A DNA stretch of 63,698 nt, counting the filler. It is 15 parts of 15 records of this genome, joined end to end, with 100 filler letters (N's around TTAATTAATTAA, not from the genome) between each part and the next. Parts side by side here need not be neighbours in the genome. Positions count along the whole stretch, not along the records: positions 55,464 to 60,420 come from SRR15195285_3155; positions 60,521 to 63,698 come from SRR15195285_3197; 13 more parts are not named here. One strand, written 5' to 3'. Shown piece by piece: positions 55,723 to 63,698 of this stretch (positions are counted from its first letter, which is position 1; each line of letters starts with the position of its first letter). The notes below the pieces were generated by a model. It saw nothing but the letters and a program-made list of their open reading frames with translations, was not told the DNA's origin and ran no database searches. The translations under genes were made by a program, and so were the position numbers.

Positions 55723-56682
55723 ATGTCATCGGGCATATCGGGCGTACGCAACAAGCGACAACAAGCCAACGTCACTGACAGCACTCGGCGTCAGCAGTCG
55801 GCATCACCTCGCCCAGCGTGGCAGCGCCGGCTCCGAAATCTGCAGGCTGGGCTCCTCGACTGGGCGTCGGCGACGCAGATGGTCGATCTGCCTGCCTCCG
55901 ACCTGGCGCTCTGCAATCTCGTGCCTAGTGGGCAGCTCCAAACGCCGTGGCGCACCTGGCTGCGAGACGCCACCGTCCTCGAGCCAGGGCTGGTGCTGCT
56001 GCGTGGCTGCATTGACGAGCAGGCGCAGCACAACATAGCGCGCATGGCCACGCACTGGGGACGGGACGGCGAGGACGGCTTTTACACGTCACGCGGCAAC
56101 GCACTAGAGCTCAACGCTGAACAAGGTCGTGGGCGCATTTACGACGCAGCATCTAGGTTCCCTGGCGAGTTCATTGGGCTGAGTGCTCGAGCTTCCGCGG
56201 TCGCCTCCGCGTTGGACCCAGAGATGCCGCCGATGGAGTGCTCCCACGTGCTCGTCAACATGTACACCGGCGAATCTGACGGCCTCGTATGGCACCGCGA
56301 CATCTACGAGAACGATGGCCGCAGCGATCACCCCGTCGTCAACCTCAGCGTCGGCGCGAGCTGTGTTTTCGGCATCCGCAGTCCGAGCGATGGACAGGAG
56401 CGCCATATCTGCCTTCACTCCGGAGACTGCCTTCTCTTCGGCGGCCCGTGTAGATTCATTGAGCACGCCGTTCTTGAACTGCAGCTGGAAAATCGTCCTG
56501 CGTGGATGACAGAAGAAAACGATGCGTGCAGATTTTCTTTCACGTTTCGGGACTCTCCCGAGGTTTGCGGTCGGGAGCAGGAGTTCAAGTACTTTCGACC
56601 AAGCGACCACCTGGTTGGCCAAGAACTCTACTCTGATGATGTACGAACGCTGATGCCTGCGCACGCTTCTCAAGCCGCATAG
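55723..56682 (+). CDS. AlkB-family 2OG-Fe(II) dioxygenase
   Basis: PGLVLLRG, LVNMY, LVWHRD..E, PVVNLSVGASCVF, LHSGDCLLFGGPCRFIEHAV, RFSFTFR (HxD..H..R..R). Confidence 0.9.
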   Translation: MSSGISGVRNKRQQANVTDSTRRQQSASPRPAWQRRLRNLQAGLLDWASATQMVDLPASDLALCNLVPSGQLQTPWRTWLRDATVLEPGLVLLRGCIDEQAQHNIARMATHWGRDGEDGFYTSRGNALELNAEQGRGRIYDAASRFPGEFIGLSARASAVASALDPEMPPMECSHVLVNMYTGESDGLVWHRDIYENDGRSDHPVVNLSVGASCVFGIRSPSDGQERHICLHSGDCLLFGGPCRFIEHAVLELQLENRPAWMTEENDACRFSFTFRDSPEVCGREQEFKYFRPSDHLVGQELYSDDVRTLMPAHASQAA

Positions 56683-57426
56683 AGACTAGTACCATCGAAG
56701 GCACCTCTAGGTGCACATGTGGCAGTTGTGGTTGCACATGCGTAATGTTAGCCGTTTTTAACACCATGTTGTCCACGAGTGCGCGCAAGCGTTTGGTTCA
56801 CTTCTATCGGCATGCTATCCGGGATCGCCTATGCAGGAAGAATCTGACGCTTCCCATTGCAGAAACAGTGTCCCAATTCATGACCCTACATCATCTCCTA
56901 CAAATTACTAGTAAGTATCTTTGCATCGGAAATGGACCACCCGTATTCGCGAGAATGCTGTAATCGCGCTGGATGCTCGCGCGCTGCGCGATAACCATCT
57001 GGTAGCTTCGAGCAACCCACGCCTGCAACAGCAATTTTCCTTGCATCGCCATGGAACCAGGCACAAGTCCCGGCAAGAGGCGAGGCGACGGTAGTGTACG
57101 CTAGTGTGCAGGTGTTATGGGCGCTGGCGTAGTAGCGGTGGAGGCACAGTTAGCGCGGGTTGCACGTCTGTCGCCTCCAGATTGTCAAATCGGAGATTGT
57201 CGGCTACGCTTATTATATATTCGAATAGAACTGTCCCTAGAGTTTGTTGGCCGCCTCGCGATTTCTAGTACCAGGTATCACTACTACGGTATTGCCATTG
57301 ATAGATTGGTGCAATTCCATGGCAAATCCGAGTACATGTAAATATATGTCGCTCGCCGTCGCCGGCCGCCGCCGGCGCGGCCGCGCCGGCGGAATCCGCA
57401 CGCACGTGGTGCTGACGGTGAACCGA

Positions 57427-60164
57427 ATGGCCGCACTACGCACACTGGCGCTGCTGCAGCTGTGTGGTATCTGGGCGTGCTGCCGAGCCATGCCGATGGG
57501 CACCTCGACTGCTGGCAAGACGCTCTACGAGTGGAGCGGCCCCCCAGCGACCCCCACGGGGGAAGCCAACTCGCCGCTGCCGTCGGGCCCACTGCTGGGC
57601 AACGGCGACCTGGGACTCTCCGTGGGGTGTGACAAGGCACGGAGCGAAGTGACGCTGTACTTCGGCCTCAACCAGGTCTGGCTGCTCAATGAGTACCAGC
57701 ACTGGAGCGACAACTCGGGCGACCAGGTCGGGCCACGTCGTCTTGGCGTGGGGGGTATTACCATTAGCGCACCTGAGATTGCTGGTGGCAACTTCAGCGC
57801 TGTGCTCGACATGGCTCGAGCAGAGGCACGGGTCCGGCTCGGTTCGATGTCCCTGCGCGTCTTGCTCGGAGAGCGCACGCCCTTTACACCCTCGGCGTAT
57901 CCCACTGGCCAGAACGGCTCCAGTATCCTGGTCGAGATCAACACCAACAATCCTGTAACTCTGAATATCACGGCCTGGTCGCTCGGTCTGGGAACAGTCT
58001 GCGGTCGCAAGGTTCCGCACCCACACACGACGCCGTGTTCCACCATGGACGGGACCTCGCATGCTGGCGCGACCGTTGAGGGCGGCGCATGGACGCAGCG
58101 AACGCCGTTTATCTTCAACGCCAAGCCCGTCTCCGTCGCCACCGCCACCACGCTCGTTAGAGATGTGGCTAGTAGCCAGCCGAACTGCACAGTCAACCCC
58201 ATAGGCTCGCACTCTGCGAGCTGCATCTACCAAGCGGTCTCTGGATCGGCCGCCTTGCTTGCACAGGTGGTGACGAACCACGACATGTGTCAAACTTTTG
58301 CTGGTTGTAGCAACCCATTGCCAGCTGCGCAGCATGCCACAGCTGAGTTCGCCGCCCAAAACCTCAGTACTGCTGTGGCGACCGTCCAGCGCTCGCATGA
58401 CAGCTTCTGGGTCGAATTCTGGCAGCGGACTACCATCAGTCTCGGTAATACGATGGTCCAGAACCTCTGGGTCAGCTTACAGTTTCTTGCTGGCTCATCG
58501 AGTCGGGCGGACACCGTGGCGCCGGGGCTTTTTGGTCCATGGGTTTTCTCGGACACCCCGCCGTGGTCGGGAGATTACACACTTGACTATGTGAGTCAGG
58601 CTCGCTCCCATTTTCATCACTGATAGCCACAGAAGCGCAAGCCCCTTGCTGTCCTCTGCCTCCGCTAGCATTCTGATAAAACCAGTTCAACAATGAGCTT
58701 ACCATCCATTTCTGCCACACCAGAATTTCCAGGCCAATTTTTGGGGCATGTACAGCTCAAATCGGATAGATCTAGCGACCTCGTTTTTCCAGCCGATGAT
58801 GGACTTTGTTCCAAAGGCGCGCCGCGCTGCTGGTTACAAGAACTGCTCGGCGCTGAGTTATGCCGCGCACATTGGTCCGTTCGGTTTTGCCAGCGCGGAC
58901 TCAGGGATGTCACAGGGGGCCGAACATGGAGACCTTGGCTTTCAGGACAATGGGTTGTTCGCAGGGATGAATTTTGTCCTTCATTGGGAGCACACACACG
59001 ACCTCCTCTGGTTGAAGACTATTGGCTTTCCCTACCTGCGGGACAACTTTGCGCTTTATCAATGCCTGTTGGAAAAGCTGCCAGATGGCACGTACGTGGA
59101 TGTGAAGGACAGTGACACGGAGTGCAGCGCGACTGGTCACTACCCGGGCGGCTGGAACACCCGATGCAAAAGACGGAGTTTTGGGATGGCCGTAGCATTT
59201 GTGAAGCGGGCCGGTGCTGTCCTTCCTGAGATGGCACGTGCGCTCGGTGTGCCAATTGATCCTCAATGGGTCGACATCAGCCACAATCTGGTATCGCCTC
59301 CAGCCTTCAACGGTACCTTTGCCAGCTGTGACAACGAGACTGGCAAATTCCCTGAGTGCAATGGGGCACTAACTAGCTGGGCGATCTGGCCTGGCGAGGT
59401 GGTCAATCTGGACGACTCAGCCGAATTGATTGCGCAGGGCCTAAAAACAGTGCGCCAAAATGGCGGCTTTGGATGCAACAATTGTTTTGGTGCGGCACCA
59501 ACTCACGACATGCTGCTTTCTCTTGCTTGAACATACGCTCACTGCTTGCTGCCTTCCCACGCTCGCTGTTGCCACCGCTATGGTGAGCTTTCGACTCACT
59601 CTTGTCACCACCTTGGCAGACAACTCTTTCAATGCTGCGCTCCGAGTTGGCATGGAGCTCGACGAGCTCCTTCCACACCTGTACGCAGTGCTCCAGCCCT
59701 GCTCCGCGAAGCAAATGAGGACAAGTGCAGACATGTGCATGCTCGAGAATGGAATTCCGTCTGTCCCTGGTGGTGTCGAGGTGATGGGTGCGCTCGAGTT
59801 CATCAGTAGCATAGTGATGCAGTCAGTCACGCAGCATGGGGTGTATACTGGGACGCGGTACTACACGACGCTCTTTCCTAGCATCAACCGCAGCGAGGCG
59901 GCGTCGTTCACGCGGCTCCGTGCCCGTGGGGCATTCCTGATTACTGCAAGCTGGGATGCGACCAATCAAGTGGTCGTCTCGCCAGTGATTTTGGCGTCCG
60001 AAGCGGGTCAGGAATTCGTTTTGGTAAATCCGTGGGGCAGCAATAAGTCAGTGGCGGTTCGATCAAATGGGACTACTGTGCAGATAGTGATGCAGGCCGG
60101 TCGGTTGCGCTTCCCCACGCAGGCGGGCAGAACGTACGAAATCAGCACGACCGCGGACCTATAG
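57427..60164 (+). CDS. Secreted GH95-like glycoside hydrolase (exons ~57427-58590, 58724-59489, 59620-60164)
   Basis: Signal peptide; GPLLGNGDLG, HDSFWVEFW, APGLFGPW..WSGDYTLDY-NFQANFWGMYSSNR, ASFTRLRARGAFLITASW, SEAGQ..LVNPW. Confidence 0.8.
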
Positions 60165-61190
60165 CCCAATGACATTTCGAATGATCGAAATTGTCACTAC
60201 GATATATTTATGGAGAGAGGGTGAGAAAGGATAGGATCGCGGGCGGGGTCTCATGAAAAAGAATGACCTGGTATGAGGCTACAATGAATGTCCTGTCAGT
60301 CGTCGTCTCCGGCATGTTCTTGCGCTAGAATGGCCAGGTGGCCGCACTGGCGCAGCCGTCCGCCGGCTTTTGTCCCCTTCCGTGTGTTTGGCTAGGGGTG
60401 CTCGTGTTCTTGCCGTCGCTNNNNNNNNNNNNNNNNNNNNNNNNNNNNNNNNNNNNNNNNNNNNTTAATTAATTAANNNNNNNNNNNNNNNNNNNNNNNN
60501 NNNNNNNNNNNNNNNNNNNNGCAACCGCAGTGCCAGGGGCACTGCTGATGCCGAATATGGAATGCACCCCATCAAGCTACAAGCATCACATCTATTATAT
60601 CTCAACCCGGAATATCCAGTCGGAATGGCATGCATTTTCGATTTCGGACGCCAACGGCCGGTGGGGATCGCACAGGGGATCGCACGCAGACGATGATCGC
60701 TCCCGGGCGCCCTGGACACGTCCAGGGCTCTTCCATGCTCAGTGCTGCTGAGCCATTTCGTACTGCGTATGGAGCCCGTGGCAGGTAGTAGAGGCAGCCG
60801 GTGTATTACCTCGGCCAGGAGCTGCTGGTACAACTCCTTGCAGAGACCGTGCAGAGTACTGGCCAGTTGATCCGTCCCATACTAGTAGCTGCTGTCTACG
60901 GCGTTCCTGGTTTTTTGCCGTGGCCTCCCATACAGGACGCTTTTGGAGTGGTTCGGGGATTGGCTACAGCGATTCCTGCGCCACAGACAGCTGAACTGTG
61001 ACAGGTCGGATCCACTGTGAGATGCGGGATAGGGGGTTGACGGGTGTGGCGACGTGCTGGGCGGTGGATGGTAGCTGCCGAATGGTGGAGAACGATGATG
61101 GCAGCTGTCATCGGGATGCACGGTGAACCCAGTGGGCGTCCAAGCCAGAACAACGTGCGCAGATAGAAACCGTGGGATCCTGCGACCAGC

Positions 61191-63698
61191 ATGGGCGACA
61201 TCGGATTCGAGGAGGCGGAGCGCAGGAGGCTGGAGTTCGCTGCCAGGCGCGGTAAGCGCGGCGGCGCGGAGAGCCATCTGCAGAAGTATGGCTCTGTGTT
61301 TCAGCGCCAGGGCAACCACAAGAACTACATGCTCGAGCTGGCCAAGAATCGGTTGTTGGAGCAGGCCGCGATGCGCAAGACCGTCGAGACGGAGGAGAGC
61401 CTTAGAAATACCACGCTTGAGTCCATTAACTATGAAAGGTTGCGACGGCGCAGGAATATCCGCTGCATGCGCATATCAGCCGCCCTGCCGTTCGTGCACC
61501 GCCTGATGAGCTTCGGCCTGCTGGTCCAGTTGGGTATGTTCGGCTGGATTCGCTGGACGGGTGTTGGGCTCTTTCTCTTAGCCTGCACGGGTGGTGCTCA
61601 AGGCTGGATGGTGGCCCGCCAGGAGCTGGCGCGGACAAAAACCATGCCCAAGCCTGAGATGACGAAAGACGACGATGGGCGCACGGTGCCGCGGACGATG
61701 CACGACTGCCACTGCCCATACAGCATCGTCGTTGAAATTGAGGCGGCACGCGATCTCACCGCGATGGATTTCTCCTTACTTCACGGTGGCACTTCTGACC
61801 CCTACGTTATCGTTAAGCTGATGGCACGCGTGCGTGGGCGGAAAAAGGGGTCGTGGAAATGGATTGAGCTCGACAGGAGACGAACAAAGACGATCGAGAA
61901 GGACCTGGCCCCCCGCTGGTGCGCCCTGTTTGACTTTTCAAACGAGCGTAAGTTTGGCTCAAGTGCCCTTAAGCTGGAATTCGAGATATTAGACGAGGAC
62001 TTAGGTGGTGACGACTTAATTGGTCGCTGCTCGCTACCAACGCTTAGCTTTTTGGAGGAGGGCGACGGCGTGTACGACGACTGGGAGCAGATTTTCGCCG
62101 ATGATGGCGATGAGGCTGGGGAGCTGCTCATGCGAATTTCCTGTAAGTTCACGGAAGAGGAGGCTGTCCGTGCGGCATTTGAACGATTGGATGACGATGG
62201 CTCTGGGGAACTGGATATCGACGAGATCGGGCAGCTAATGGAAACAATCGGCAGAAGCCTAAACGAGAAGCAGCTAGACAAGATGATGAAGGAAATCGAT
62301 GAAGATGGCTCCGGCCTGGTCGAATTTGATGAGTACTGGGCGTGGTGGATGAAGGGTGTCACCGCAGTAAAGTTTCCGTGGATGATTGCCGCACTGAGCG
62401 GAGGCTGCGGACTGTCGTCCATGGTGACGGCCTGGCAGTACTGGCATAGATCATACCTGCTTGACATTGTCGAGGTATCTGGCAGAAGAGCCTTTGACAA
62501 GATCGACGATGACGGCTCCGGTGAACTTGATCGCGAGGAGATTGGTAGGCTTTCAAAAGACCTCGGAAAACCCCTCGACGGGCCAGCATTGGATGCATTT
62601 ATGGCCGAGATTGACGCTGACGGGTCGGGGCTCGTGGATTACGAGGAATTCTTTGTGTGGTACAGCGCAGGCGTAGACAATACAGGCATGGCCGCGGACA
62701 AACAGAGGGAGATACACGAACGCGCAGAAGATTTGCCCACAGTAAATTTATTTGTGGCCGGATCAGAGACAGTCATCATGAGTTTGTATCACCTTTACAT
62801 CGGTCTATTGTTCAACTGCTTCGATCACATTGACTTCTCGACTGAAGGGGATAGCACTGACGACAAATTTGCCTCGGGGCTTTCGATGACAATCTCTGCC
62901 ACCGTGTTTGTTGGCTTCGTCTCAACGTGCTTTGCATGGGTCAGTTATGAAATTGTGCATTACCCAGAGTACGACGCGCTCTCACGCCATGGTGTCTGGA
63001 CTTTCATCTTTCGGTTCTCTGAGGTGGTGTCGCGCGTGTTTGCGCTTGCGGCATTTGGGTGCGCGTGGCGTGGCTTCACGTTTGTGTTGGTCTTCATTGA
63101 TGTTGTCATCCTCACCGTTCTGAACCTCTGCTACCTTGCGTCGGGGGCCACGTTGGATCAGCCCGAGGGGAGCCACTTGTCAGGCAAAAGTGAGTTGTTT
63201 TTCGCCGTAGTGTCCACGGTCGCGTATGTAGGCAACCCGCAGAAAGGTTTATCCAGCCTGTGCTTGCCGGGAGCCATTGTATCCCCGACTGCTTACTACA
63301 CCTTTCGTACATTTGAGATGGGTTTCATGGGCGTGCTCTGGTTTTTCGAGATTCACGAGTTGGCAAAAATGAGCATTACCGACCAGCGCACGTGCTACGA
63401 TCAGGTTCTCCTTCTCGGGACGGGAGGATTTTGGACGGTCATCCTTGTCGTGGCGATTCCAGTTCTATATCACATAGATCCACGCAATACTGGGCACAGC
63501 AGTGCTGTGGAACCGCACACTGCGGATCAGTCTACGGGCGATGGCAGCAGCAATGAAGACGAGAAAAGGCCGAGTGATATGTGGGACAAAAACGTCTGGG
63601 AAAGCGACAGCGACGACGAAGGTGGCAATCTCAGCCCAACCAAGCCGGAGCGCCTCAGCTCAATGGCCAGGTCTACGGCATCACTTGGGTCACGAGGC
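61191..63698 (+). CDS. XK/Xkr-family scramblase-like membrane protein with C2 domain and four EF-hands; 3' partial and missing from the ORF track
   Basis: Stop-free frame from ATG 61191 to the window end. C2 (AARDLTAMD..TSDPYV..TKTIEKDLAPRW..ILDEDLGGDDLIG); EF loops DDDGSGELDIDE, DEDGSGLVEFDE, DDDGSGELDREE, DADGSGLVDYEE; Xkr-like LFVAGSE..LYHLYI, FRFSEVVSRVFALAAF, YYTFRTFE, LYHIDP. Confidence 0.8.
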   Translation, partial: MGDIGFEEAERRRLEFAARRGKRGGAESHLQKYGSVFQRQGNHKNYMLELAKNRLLEQAAMRKTVETEESLRNTTLESINYERLRRRRNIRCMRISAALPFVHRLMSFGLLVQLGMFGWIRWTGVGLFLLACTGGAQGWMVARQELARTKTMPKPEMTKDDDGRTVPRTMHDCHCPYSIVVEIEAARDLTAMDFSLLHGGTSDPYVIVKLMARVRGRKKGSWKWIELDRRRTKTIEKDLAPRWCALFDFSNERKFGSSALKLEFEILDEDLGGDDLIGRCSLPTLSFLEEGDGVYDDWEQIFADDGDEAGELLMRISCKFTEEEAVRAAFERLDDDGSGELDIDEIGQLMETIGRSLNEKQLDKMMKEIDEDGSGLVEFDEYWAWWMKGVTAVKFPWMIAALSGGCGLSSMVTAWQYWHRSYLLDIVEVSGRRAFDKIDDDGSGELDREEIGRLSKDLGKPLDGPALDAFMAEIDADGSGLVDYEEFFVWYSAGVDNTGMAADKQREIHERAEDLPTVNLFVAGSETVIMSLYHLYIGLLFNCFDHIDFSTEGDSTDDKFASGLSMTISATVFVGFVSTCFAWVSYEIVHYPEYDALSRHGVWTFIFRFSEVVSRVFALAAFGCAWRGFTFVLVFIDVVILTVLNLCYLASGATLDQPEGSHLSGKSELFFAVVSTVAYVGNPQKGLSSLCLPGAIVSPTAYYTFRTFEMGFMGVLWFFEIHELAKMSITDQRTCYDQVLLLGTGGFWTVILVVAIPVLYHIDPRNTGHSSAVEPHTADQSTGDGSSNEDEKRPSDMWDKNVWESDSDDEGGNLSPTKPERLSSMARSTASLGSRG

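Noticed and set aside
2275-59619. Introner elements or an alternative genetic code
   Set aside because: Introns show no shared sequence or TIRs by eye; in-frame stops are explained by GT-AG introns, and TAA, TAG and TGA all terminate genes.
5066-60520. Regularly recurring TTAATTAATTAA as a biological repeat, and gene clusters spanning spacers (e.g. TAGT-like with AlkB/JmjC as one DNA-modification locus)
   Set aside because: The spacers are artificial joins and the genes lie on different contigs, so no linkage can be inferred.
60521-61166. Upstream coding-like fragments as 5' exons of the Xkr-like gene
   Set aside because: No consistent frame or recognisable domain; a possible acceptor at ~61166 cannot be tied to a donor.
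1-63698. tRNA, rRNA, snRNA, transposase or viral hallmark genes
   Set aside because: None recognisable by inspection; covariance-model searches were not run.
1-63698. Specific taxonomic assignment (general style is reminiscent of Picozoa single-cell assemblies)
   Set aside because: Impression only; needs phylogeny of DED1, RANBP1 and PRODH.

Overview
The window is 15 unrelated eukaryotic contigs joined by artificial 100-nt spacers (N44-TTAATTAATTAA-N44), so adjacency across a spacer means nothing. The DNA is GC-rich and gene-dense with short GT-AG introns (about 70-260 nt), and looks like a heterotrophic protist MAG/SAG (many secreted hydrolases, no plastid genes in this window); the exact lineage cannot be fixed from this window. 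Recognisable genes: DED1/DDX3 helicase, proline dehydrogenase, cathepsin L-like protease, JmjC oxygenase, S9 peptidase, GH20, GH95-like, two EGF+beta-propeller hydrolases, RanBP1, AlkB-like, F-box, RBR-like E3, a WD40-TRP-like channel and the last repeat of a 4-domain cation channel. The strongest novelty candidate is an ORF absent from the supplied track (61191 to window end): an XK/Xkr-family scramblase-like protein with a C2 domain and four canonical EF-hands inserted into its loops, suggesting a directly Ca2+-sensing Xkr. Other notable items: a Rab-FYVE fusion lacking the catalytic Gln, an SCP2-ABC1 kinase fusion, a GREB1/TAGT-like glycosyltransferase fragment, a Lys in the domain-IV channel filter, a duplicated mini-exon beside the GH20 catalytic pair, a PTS2-bearing S9 peptidase and a dispersed 19-bp TIR-like motif. 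All family assignments are motif recognition by eye; no database searches were run.
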